Assembly: GCA_964517115.1 (NCBI GenBank)
Contig: CAZFBE010000003.1
Span: 1 to 53,684, forward strand
Length of the DNA stretch: 53,684 bases
Source: an uncultured bacterium
Lineage (GTDB): Bacteria > UBP7 > UBA6624
Direction of reading: 5' to 3'
A program made the position numbers and the translations under genes. The first letter of the stretch is position 1. Every line of letters starts with the position of its first letter. Shown piece after piece: positions 18,072 to 26,516 of this stretch. Under the pieces are notes generated by a model, which was given only the letters and a program-made list of their open reading frames with translations, was not told the DNA's origin and did not search any database.

Positions 18072-20822
18072 ATGAGTTCTAAAAGTAGCTTAAACCGTTC
18101 TTTTGTTGATTTTGAAAATAAAAATCATTTTTTAGAAAAAGATAAAAAAGGTTGGTACAGTAGTTTTCAGGATTTCAGGTTAAGTGTTTTTTCAAAGATT
18201 TTATTCAGAAGGTTTAACAAAAAGATACTCATTTCCCCTTTGGTAAGTAGAACCTCTGCCTTTCCTCACCAGATTTCCACATGTGACACTGTTGTTAACA
18301 GCATGAATGGAAGAGCAATACTTGCTGATGAAGTTGGCCTAGGAAAAACAATTGAGGCCGGCATGATACTAACTGAATACCTGGTAAGGAAGGAGGTTGA
18401 AAATGTTTTGATCATTGTTCCCTCAGGAATTACTGAGCAATGGAGAGAGGAGCTTTTGGAAAAATTCAACATATTTCTTCCAGTGGTTGATGGCAGGGTC
18501 GGATATTCTTTAAATGAATTTTTAAATAAAAACCAAATGGTAATAACTTCGTTAGCTTATGCAAAAAGAGATGGTTACAAGGACTCTTTTATTGAAAAAG
18601 ATTGGGATATGGTCATTGTTGACGAAGCCCACCATTTGAAAAATGTAAACACTATGAACTACAAGTTTGTAAGTTCTTTAAAGGCAAAAAAAATGCTTTT
18701 GTTAACAGCGACACCATTGCAAAATTCTTTAACAGAACTGTTTAATTTAGTGAACCTTGTTTCTCCTCATGCAATTAATATTGCAGAGATGAGCAGGAGG
18801 TTTTCAAAAAACTTCAATCAAAAAACTGTTGATTCTTTAAAGTCAGTTTTGAAAAGCTTGATGGTTAGGTGCAGGAGGTCTGATGTTAGAGGTGTTGATA
18901 GGCTGCCTCCGAGAGATGCAAGAACCTTAGGGGTAAAGCTGAATGAAAAGTACCTCAATCTTTATGGAGATGTAAGTAAGTATGCAATTGATGGTTATAA
19001 GAAAAGTGTTACAAATAATAATTCTTCATATATTTTTTACCTTATGGCACTTCAGAGGATGCTTACGAGCAGTAAAGATTCATTTGTCTCAAGCTTGAAA
19101 AAAAGAAGAGATAAATTGTTTACTCTTAACAAAAACCTTGACAAACTTGACTCTAAGGAAGTTTTGGATCTTTTACCGGTCTCAAAAAAGAAAATTAATA
19201 AAAAAAACACAGGGAAGCAACTAGAGAAAGAATTAAATTCAATACAAAAGTTATTGGATGCTTCTAGGAATGTTCCTGATGTCAGGAAAATGGATGTTTT
19301 ATTGAAGTTCCTGAATGAGATATACAAGAAAGATCCAGATACGAAAGTTTTGATTTTTACAGAATTCTTAAAAACCCAAGATGCTATTGAATCGAATTTA
19401 AGGAAGTCTGGTTTTGAAATTGAAACTTACAGAGGGGGGATGTCGACAAAGGAGAAAAATCAAATAGTGGAAAAATTCCAAAAAGGACAGATCCTAGTAA
19501 GCACTGAAGCCGGTAGTGAGGGAAGGAATCTTCAGTTTGCAAATGTTGTTGTAAATTACGACCTGCCTTGGAATCCAATGAAGATTGAACAAAGAATAGG
19601 CAGGGTTCATAGGTTAGGCCAGAAGAAAGATGTTTTGGTGGTGAACCTTGTTGCACGCGGAACTATTGAGGATCATTTAATAAAAATATTAGACAAAAAG
19701 TTGGACTTATTTAAAAATACAGTTGGTGAACTCGAAACTATTTTAGGATACATGTCTCCAGAGGGCAGCCCCGAATCTGTTGTTATGGATGCTTTTGTTG
19801 ATTCTTTTGGAAAAAATAAAAAATTAAAAAAATTAAATTTTTCTTTGGATAATTCGATAAATAAGGTAAAAAATTCTCTTGAGGAGTCTTTTGCCAAAAG
19901 TGGAATTAATTTAAGGCCTGAGAATTTGAATAATTTATCAAAAATAAGATTTTTTGAAGAATCAGATGTTGTCGAGACTGCATTTATTGAATTTTTGGAT
20001 AAATACAATTGTTTAAAAGATGATTATGACAAAGAGATAAAATTTCAAGCACCTCATTTTTTAACTCAAGATAGGTCAGATTTATTTGACCCAGATGTAA
20101 GGGGTACTTTTTCAAAAGAAATTGCTATATCAAGACCCTGGTTAGATTATCTAACAATTAACCACCCATTTCTTGAAGCATCAATAAGTGATGTTGTGGA
20201 TTCTCCAATAGGTTTTTCTGTTTTTAAAAAAAGTTTTTTGCAGGAGCTTGGGTTCAAAACATGCTCTGATAAATGTGTTACTTTTTTTTCAAAAGTAACA
20301 TGGTCTTACAAAGATGAGTCTTATGATGATATTTTTTTAATACTGACTGATGGAGAAAATTTTTCTATTTTGGATGAAGTTCCTGATAGTCTTTTGTGGC
20401 CAGATGAGATACCTTGCAAAATTTCCGATGATTTTTCTTTGGAGAAGTTTTTTGAAGGTTTGAATTCCGTATCTAAAGATATTGAACAAAAAAAAGAAGG
20501 TGTTTTTTCTGAGATAATCCAATTGGAAGATTTTAGATTTGATAGTCTTAAAAATAGAATTTCTGATGCGATGAAGGATTACAAAGATGAATTTAATAAA
20601 ATTCATCTTAAAGTTATGAATTTAAGCAAAACAAACAATCCAAGCACTGAGCAAAAAAAAGAAATTACAAATCTTAAAAAAAATAGAACAAGCATATTGA
20701 CAAAAAGTTCAAAATTAAAACAGGATCTAAAAAAATTAAAAAGAATAAGAGAGACAAGGGATCACAAGGCCGTTTCTTCAAAAGTTGAAGTCTTTGGAAT
20801 TTTGAAAATGCATATTATTTAA
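18072..20822 (+). CDS. SNF2-family helicase/ATPase (YqhH/RapA-like) with a C-terminal extension
   Basis: LADEVGLGKTIEAG, IVDEAH, LLLTATPLQN, STEAGSEGRNLQ and NYDLPWNPMKIEQRIGRVHRLGQ. Confidence 0.93.
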   Translation: MSSKSSLNRSFVDFENKNHFLEKDKKGWYSSFQDFRLSVFSKILFRRFNKKILISPLVSRTSAFPHQISTCDTVVNSMNGRAILADEVGLGKTIEAGMILTEYLVRKEVENVLIIVPSGITEQWREELLEKFNIFLPVVDGRVGYSLNEFLNKNQMVITSLAYAKRDGYKDSFIEKDWDMVIVDEAHHLKNVNTMNYKFVSSLKAKKMLLLTATPLQNSLTELFNLVNLVSPHAINIAEMSRRFSKNFNQKTVDSLKSVLKSLMVRCRRSDVRGVDRLPPRDARTLGVKLNEKYLNLYGDVSKYAIDGYKKSVTNNNSSYIFYLMALQRMLTSSKDSFVSSLKKRRDKLFTLNKNLDKLDSKEVLDLLPVSKKKINKKNTGKQLEKELNSIQKLLDASRNVPDVRKMDVLLKFLNEIYKKDPDTKVLIFTEFLKTQDAIESNLRKSGFEIETYRGGMSTKEKNQIVEKFQKGQILVSTEAGSEGRNLQFANVVVNYDLPWNPMKIEQRIGRVHRLGQKKDVLVVNLVARGTIEDHLIKILDKKLDLFKNTVGELETILGYMSPEGSPESVVMDAFVDSFGKNKKLKKLNFSLDNSINKVKNSLEESFAKSGINLRPENLNNLSKIRFFEESDVVETAFIEFLDKYNCLKDDYDKEIKFQAPHFLTQDRSDLFDPDVRGTFSKEIAISRPWLDYLTINHPFLEASISDVVDSPIGFSVFKKSFLQELGFKTCSDKCVTFFSKVTWSYKDESYDDIFLILTDGENFSILDEVPDSLLWPDEIPCKISDDFSLEKFFEGLNSVSKDIEQKKEGVFSEIIQLEDFRFDSLKNRISDAMKDYKDEFNKIHLKVMNLSKTNNPSTEQKKEITNLKKNRTSILTKSSKLKQDLKKLKRIRETRDHKAVSSKVEVFGILKMHII

Positions 20823-21857
20823 ATGTTTGATGTTGTCGTTGTTGGCCTAGGCCCAAATGGGCTGTCTGTTTTAAGTGAACTCAATAAGCATTCTTTAAAC
20901 GTGATTGGATTAGACAAAGGGGAAATTTGTAATCATATAAAAAAATACCCAAAAGACATGATTTTTTTTTCAACTGCTGAAAAACTTACATTGGATGAGT
21001 TTCCAATGGGTTCAGGGGATGGGTCAAATCCAAGCTTAAAGGATGCATGTGATTATTATGAGTCTTTTGCAAATAGGAATAATTTTGAAGTTTTAACTTC
21101 TTCAAAAGTTGAAAAAATTTCAGGAAATGATAATGATTTTGTTCTACATCTAAGTGAAGGCAGAAGCATTTGTTCAAAAAAAATTGTTTTGACAACAGGC
21201 ATATATTCAAATCCAAATCATTTAAATCTTGAAGGAGAAAATGAGTCAAATATTAGTCATTATTATTCAGGATCTGAGAATCTCGGTGATAAAAATGTGT
21301 TGGTTGTTGGGGCAGGCAATTCCGCAGTTGAAGCGGCTATAGATCTTAGTGAAAACAATAAAGTGGTTTTGGTTTTCAGAAAGGAAGGCTTAGATAGAAA
21401 GAAGATAAAAAGTTGGATTTATCCAAAATTTATGGATCTTGTAAATTTAGGAAAAATAGAAGTTATTAACAATTCTTCTTTGACCTCTTTGGCAAATTCT
21501 GAAGCTGCTATCAGGACAGAAAAATTTGCTGAGGTTTTATTTCATCCGGGTAGCAGTAGAAAAATCCCAAAACCAAAAAAAATTATTTCAAAATCTAACT
21601 TAAAATTCGATTACTGCTTTCTTTTGACTGGATACAAGCCTGATAAAAAATTCCTAATTGAAGGATGTGGCTTAAATCTCGAGGGAGAACTTGAAATCCC
21701 AAAGCATAATTCACAAAATTATGAAACTACTGTAAAAGGTGTTTATGTTGCAGGTGCATTAGTTGAAGGAATGAATAGCCATCGTGTTTTTATAGAAAAT
21801 GGCAGGTTGCATGGAAGCCCAATAGCAAAAGATATTTATGAAAAACTCAAAAATTAG
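20823..21857 (+). CDS. ypdA: YpdA-family FAD oxidoreductase (putative bacillithiol disulfide reductase)
   Basis: VVGLGPNG, FFSTAEKL, SHYY, VGAGNSAVEAA, LLTGY and VFIENGRLH. Confidence 0.85.
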   Translation: MFDVVVVGLGPNGLSVLSELNKHSLNVIGLDKGEICNHIKKYPKDMIFFSTAEKLTLDEFPMGSGDGSNPSLKDACDYYESFANRNNFEVLTSSKVEKISGNDNDFVLHLSEGRSICSKKIVLTTGIYSNPNHLNLEGENESNISHYYSGSENLGDKNVLVVGAGNSAVEAAIDLSENNKVVLVFRKEGLDRKKIKSWIYPKFMDLVNLGKIEVINNSSLTSLANSEAAIRTEKFAEVLFHPGSSRKIPKPKKIISKSNLKFDYCFLLTGYKPDKKFLIEGCGLNLEGELEIPKHNSQNYETTVKGVYVAGALVEGMNSHRVFIENGRLHGSPIAKDIYEKLKN

Positions 21858-23958
21858 GTTTTATTTAAATGATTTTTCGATAAGTGTTTTATTGGTTCTT
21901 TTGCAGCATTTCCCTTTTTTCTTAAAAAGATACCCTATCAATGGAGATGATTTAGAGTTCGGACTGGCCTTCACGAGGGTCTTTTATCAGCAAGTAGAGA
22001 ATTTTTCATGGGGAATTAGTTCTATTAATGGGTATTTTCCATTGGTTGCTGAAGGGCAAATGGGTTTTTTTCATCCTTTTAGGTGGCTTATCTATCTTTT
22101 GCCTCCATGGCCTTCGTCTGATAATGTTTTAGGAATTGCTCAGGAATATGTTCTTTTGATGCTTTTTTGCAATTTTTTAATGTGTTATGGAATGGTTTTT
22201 CTTCTGAAGTCCAAAGGCTTGAAAGGTTGGAGTCTTTGGATTCCTGTTTTGCTTTTTTGCAATTATGGTTTTCATCAATCTCAATCTACAAATATTAATT
22301 TAATTCTCTCAAGTTGCATTTTGCCATGGGCAGCTTTTTGTATTGATAGTATTTTTTTAAAGATCTCAAAAGAAAAGTTTCCCAAAAAGGAAATTCTTTG
22401 GCTTCTTTTCCTGCTAGCCTCTTCTTTTTTGGCAGGGCAACCTCAAGGAAGCATGATTGTTCTCTTTATTTTGCTAATTTACATTTTTTCTTTTAGTCCA
22501 AAGGCTAGGGCTAAAGTTTTTAAAATCTTCTTTTTTGCAATAATTGGAAGTTTCTTGCTTGCCTCCCCCCAACTTATATCAACTTTTTCTTTATCTAACT
22601 ATTCTTTGAGGGATGAATCTTTTTGGGGTAGCCAGGGTGGAATTGAATTAGTAACATTTTTAAATGGATTTTTTCCATTATTGGGTTTGGATAATATTGC
22701 TTCATACGACCCAGTAGCTTCATCTTATTTGTCTAGTTTATGGCCTTTGTTTTTATTTTATTTATTTTTCAAATTCAAGCCAGATTTTAAAAATAATACA
22801 TATTTAATAGGCATATTTTCATCTATATTTTTCTCCTGGGGTCCTGGCTATGGTTTGTTGGTTAAGGTCATTCCTTTCCTAGGGTCTTTTAGGGATTTTC
22901 ATAGATTCATGCTTGGAGCTTTATTTTTCTTTTGTTTATATTTGGCAAATTTGCTAATGATGAAAAAAATAAAATTCAGCAAGAAGGAAGCAATTATTTC
23001 TTTTGTTTTGTTTTGTTTTGTTTTTATTTTTGTTTCAGACTCTGTATCAATTAAATCTTATTTGCATTTTGTTTTACCTTTGGCTTTTTTACTTAGTTTA
23101 AGCTCAAAGAGAATCGCTAAAAACTCTTATCTTCTAGTTGGAATTTTTTTGATTCTGGAGACTTCTTTAGGTATATTTTGGCGTTGGAATGTTAGGTTTT
23201 ATGAATATTTACCACATGAAGAAATTCAATTAGTTTCTAATGAAGATTGTCCTCAAAAAGGAACTTCGATTTGGTTTCTTGATACTTATTCTGAAAGCCT
23301 CAAGCAAGAAAGTATAAATATGAAAAAACCTTTTGCTGCTTATCTTGGAAGCCCAAATGGCTATCTTTGGGATGATCCAATTTTTTCTAATTGTAAAAAT
23401 AAACCTTTTAGGTTCCAGGTAAACTCTCCACTTCAGTCCCTTTGGGCAAATCAGTTTCAAGATTTTTTTATCCCATCAACAGGAATGGAACATCCAACTA
23501 TTTCAGATTTGATTAAGTTAAGTGAAATTTGGTCTAGAACGAAGTTGGAGATTGATTCAGAGCCTGAGGTTTACCTGGTTGCGGGTGAAACTTTTTACAG
23601 GTATAAAAGAAAAATTGTAGATTTTGATAAATCTAATTATTTTCCTAAGGAAAATTTGCAATATTCAGGTCAAGTTAACGAGGCAGTTATTTTGGCTAAT
23701 CTTTTAACAGGAGATATTAGGAATTTTCTTGATATAAACAAAAAAGAAATCAAGAATGGGATTCACTTTGTTCCAGCTTGGTGGTATCCTGGATGGGAAA
23801 GCCAGGGGGAGAGTCTTTTTAGGGTAGGGTATTCTTTTTTAGGGTATTCCGAGGAATTTGGGGATTATGAATACAAACTTCCAGGATTTCCTTTTTCGTT
23901 TTATTTGAGTATATCAACATTTTTTTTAATTTTTGTTTTTCTTTTTTTTAAGATTTAG
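21838..23958 (+). CDS. Multi-pass membrane protein, YfhO-like (GT-C-type glycosyltransferase candidate)
   Basis: GQMGFFHP, LAGQPQ and SPQLISTF resemble YfhO-like motifs; more than 10 TM segments, a large external domain and a final TM helix. Confidence 0.6.
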   Translation: MKNSKIRFYLNDFSISVLLVLLQHFPFFLKRYPINGDDLEFGLAFTRVFYQQVENFSWGISSINGYFPLVAEGQMGFFHPFRWLIYLLPPWPSSDNVLGIAQEYVLLMLFCNFLMCYGMVFLLKSKGLKGWSLWIPVLLFCNYGFHQSQSTNINLILSSCILPWAAFCIDSIFLKISKEKFPKKEILWLLFLLASSFLAGQPQGSMIVLFILLIYIFSFSPKARAKVFKIFFFAIIGSFLLASPQLISTFSLSNYSLRDESFWGSQGGIELVTFLNGFFPLLGLDNIASYDPVASSYLSSLWPLFLFYLFFKFKPDFKNNTYLIGIFSSIFFSWGPGYGLLVKVIPFLGSFRDFHRFMLGALFFFCLYLANLLMMKKIKFSKKEAIISFVLFCFVFIFVSDSVSIKSYLHFVLPLAFLLSLSSKRIAKNSYLLVGIFLILETSLGIFWRWNVRFYEYLPHEEIQLVSNEDCPQKGTSIWFLDTYSESLKQESINMKKPFAAYLGSPNGYLWDDPIFSNCKNKPFRFQVNSPLQSLWANQFQDFFIPSTGMEHPTISDLIKLSEIWSRTKLEIDSEPEVYLVAGETFYRYKRKIVDFDKSNYFPKENLQYSGQVNEAVILANLLTGDIRNFLDINKKEIKNGIHFVPAWWYPGWESQGESLFRVGYSFLGYSEEFGDYEYKLPGFPFSFYLSISTFFLIFVFLFFKI

Positions 23959-23981
23959 AATAAGGTTAAGTTATATGGAGG
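23956..23981 (+). promoter_or_regulatory. Putative -10 element TAGAAT (23956-23961) and SD GGAGG (23977-23981)
   Basis: Both lie upstream of the Fe-S carrier ATG at 23986. Confidence 0.55.
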
Positions 23982-23985
23982 TTAT

Positions 23986-24558
23986 ATGAGTTCTATAGAT
24001 GTTAAAAATCAAGTAACAAAAGACATGACAATTTCTTCAATCATTGAAAAGTTCCCTTATGCTGCGGATTCCTTGAAGGCTAGAGGCATTCATTGTGTTG
24101 GTTGTGGAGTTTCTAACTTTGAAACTCTTGAGCAGGGTGTTTTAGGGCACGGAAGAAAAAAAGAAGAGCTAGAAGAGATTCTTGAAGAAATTAATTCGAC
24201 AATAGAAGAAATGGCAGGTGCAATTTTTGTCGTCACAGAGAGGGCTTCTAAGGTTATCTTAGAAACAATGGCTGAAGAGGACGATGAATATGTTGGTTTG
24301 GAAATCAAAGTCAACACTACTTGCAATTGCACTTTTGAGTATCATTTCAAATTCGTCAAAGATTTTGAGCAAAAAGATCATCTTGTAGAACAGCATGGTT
24401 TAAAAGTATCTATAGACAAAGAATCTTTACCACTCATCAAAGGGACAAGGATGGATTATGTGATGAGTGTTCAGGGTGCTGGACTAAAACTTTCTAATCC
24501 AAATAGTCCTGAAGGTGGAGGATGTGGGTGTAGTGGTGGAGGAAGTTCCTTTTCCTAA
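23986..24558 (+). CDS. DUF1858 fused to an A-type (HesB/IscA) Fe-S cluster carrier
   Basis: N-terminal KDMTI..IIEKFP...GIHCVGC....ETLEQG (DUF1858-like); C-terminal IDKESL..IKGTRMDY and NPN...GCGC..SF (IscA-like). Confidence 0.82.
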   Translation: MSSIDVKNQVTKDMTISSIIEKFPYAADSLKARGIHCVGCGVSNFETLEQGVLGHGRKKEELEEILEEINSTIEEMAGAIFVVTERASKVILETMAEEDDEYVGLEIKVNTTCNCTFEYHFKFVKDFEQKDHLVEQHGLKVSIDKESLPLIKGTRMDYVMSVQGAGLKLSNPNSPEGGGCGCSGGGSSFS

Positions 24559-24809
24559 TGACACACGTCATTTGTGAACCATGCATTGACACAAAAGACA
24601 GGGCTTGTATTGATGCCTGTCCAGTAGATTGCATACACCCAAGAGAAGAGGATGATGAAGGTGAAACTCAGGTTTATATCGATCCAGACACATGTATTGA
24701 TTGTGGCGCATGCGTATCGGTATGTCCTGTTGAGGCAATATACCCTGAAGAAGACATCCCTGATGAATGGGTTGGATATATAGAGATAAATAAAAAGTAT
24801 TTCGAATAA
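24558..24809 (+). CDS. Ferredoxin, 7Fe/8Fe dicluster (FdxA-like)
   Basis: CEPCIDTKDRACIDACPVDCI and CIDCGACVSVCPVEAIY; TAATG overlap with the upstream gene. Confidence 0.94.
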   Translation: MTHVICEPCIDTKDRACIDACPVDCIHPREEDDEGETQVYIDPDTCIDCGACVSVCPVEAIYPEEDIPDEWVGYIEINKKYFE

Positions 24810-24813
24810 TCAA

Positions 24814-25998
24814 ATGAATCTAGATTGGAATCAGTTAGCCGTTAAGGGTGGGCGAATATTGTTTTTTGTTATAGATGGTGTTGGTGATTTGCCAAATCAA
24901 GAAAATAAAACCCCGCTAACTGAAGCCAAAACACCTTACCTGGATTCAATTTCAAAAAAAAGTGTTATGGGAATGCATCTTCCAATAGGAGAGGGTATTA
25001 CTCCTGGCTCAGAAATGGCGCATATGGCTCTTTTTGGATTCGATCCAATTAAATACGCAACTGGAAGAGGTGTTTTTGAGGCTCTTGGCTTGGGTTTTGA
25101 TTTGATTCCAGGAGATTTAGCTGTTAGGGGAAACTTGGCATTGTTTAAAGATGGAGAAGTTTTAGACAGAAGGGCAGGGAGAATAAAAACCAGAGAGGCT
25201 ATTAAGATTTTAAATAAAATCTCAAATATAGACATTGAAGGATGTAAAGCAATTTTGATTCCTGGAAAAGGTCATAGATTTTCAGTTGTTTTTCGAGGAG
25301 ATGGCTTAAACGGCCCTTTGCCGGGTAACGATTCTGGCAAAACTGGTGTTTGTCCTAGATTCCCCACTGTTAAAAGTGATTTAAGAAGATCTAGGCTTGT
25401 CATGTCTGCATGGACTCAATTTGCTAATGAAATAATTAAAAATGAGAAAAAAGCCAATGGTGTTTTGCTTAGAGGTGCAGATGTTTTAAGGCCAGTTCAA
25501 ACAATGGAAAGAAAACATTTGATAACATGTAAAGCTATAGCTAATTATCCTTGCTATATAGGTGTTGGTAAATATCTTGGAATGAATGCAAAAATATATC
25601 CAAACGATGCAGATTCAAGAATTAGAGAAGCTGCGAGCTCTAAAGAAGATTTTGTTTTTTTCCATTACAAAGATACAGATGCTGCTGGAGAAGATGGAAA
25701 TTTTAAAAAAAAGACATTGTGTGTTGAGGAAGCTGATTCAATATTAAGGAGAATTATGGAAGAGTCGAATTTTGATGTTCTTGTTGTTACAGGAGACCAC
25801 TGCACTCCGTGTTGTTACAAGGGCCATTCTTGGCACCGGGTTCCTCTTTTGGTTTATGGTGGAAGGGCTAGGGGTGATGGTATATCAAGATTTTCTGAAG
25901 AAGAGGCCAGGAAGGGTTCTATTGGTTCTATATATGCTAAAGAGATAATGCCAATAGTTTTAGCTCATGCATCAAGATTGAAAACTTACCTAACCTAA
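24814..25998 (+). CDS. apgM: 2,3-bisphosphoglycerate-independent phosphoglycerate mutase, ApgM type
   Basis: IDGVGD, PGSEMAH, TGRGVFEALG, DRRAGRI, HYKDTDAAGEDG and TGDHCTP. Confidence 0.9.
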   Translation: MNLDWNQLAVKGGRILFFVIDGVGDLPNQENKTPLTEAKTPYLDSISKKSVMGMHLPIGEGITPGSEMAHMALFGFDPIKYATGRGVFEALGLGFDLIPGDLAVRGNLALFKDGEVLDRRAGRIKTREAIKILNKISNIDIEGCKAILIPGKGHRFSVVFRGDGLNGPLPGNDSGKTGVCPRFPTVKSDLRRSRLVMSAWTQFANEIIKNEKKANGVLLRGADVLRPVQTMERKHLITCKAIANYPCYIGVGKYLGMNAKIYPNDADSRIREAASSKEDFVFFHYKDTDAAGEDGNFKKKTLCVEEADSILRRIMEESNFDVLVVTGDHCTPCCYKGHSWHRVPLLVYGGRARGDGISRFSEEEARKGSIGSIYAKEIMPIVLAHASRLKTYLT

Positions 25999-26472
25999 AT
26001 GGACCTTTCATCAAATATAGTTTTTTGGCAGATTAACAGCTTTTTGACCTTTTCTTGGTTTGTTTTTGTTCTTTATAGAAACAATTATGTTAAAAGAATC
26101 AAAGAAAATGATTTTGAAAAAGCAAAATTTCTTGAGAATGGTTTAAGGAAAATCGAAATATCCTTAATGACGATTGTTCCGATTTCTGCTTCGATAATTC
26201 TTTTTTTTGAAAACCCTATTTTCATTTCATACGTAATAAATTCTTCAGCCGTTAAGAATAAGCTTCTGATCGTTATCCTTGCCATATTAACCGAGGCTGC
26301 AAGTCTGAAGTTTTGTACAAAGGTTTCTTATGAAATAGAGAATGAAATTGGAGATGTTCAAAAGGCAAAAAAACAATGCTTTAGATGTGATTTGATTTTG
26401 ATGGTTTTTCTTATTTTCTTGATATTCTTCCCAACTTCTTTTCTTTCCGAGATTTTGGCTACTTTCAGCTGA
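25999..26472 (+). CDS. Hypothetical membrane protein (about 4 TM)
   Basis: Fills the gap exactly (abuts the apgM stop) and has four hydrophobic stretches; no family recognised with confidence. Confidence 0.75.
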   Translation: MDLSSNIVFWQINSFLTFSWFVFVLYRNNYVKRIKENDFEKAKFLENGLRKIEISLMTIVPISASIILFFENPIFISYVINSSAVKNKLLIVILAILTEAASLKFCTKVSYEIENEIGDVQKAKKQCFRCDLILMVFLIFLIFFPTSFLSEILATFS

Positions 26473-26486
26473 ATAAAAATCAAGTT

Positions 26487-26507
26487 TAGAATTTTATGAG
26501 GTGGAGG
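26487..26507 (+). promoter_or_regulatory. Putative -10 element TAGAAT (26487-26492) and SD GGAGG (26503-26507) for GH20
   Basis: The SD lies 9 nt (a T9 run) before the in-frame ATG at 26517. Confidence 0.55.
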
Positions 26508-26516
26508 TTTTTTTTT

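Noticed and set aside
18072-23958. SNF2 helicase as part of a DISARM- or BREX-like defence island
   Set aside because: No methyltransferase, PglZ, nuclease, DUF1998 or mobility gene is adjacent; the neighbours are housekeeping genes with similar composition.
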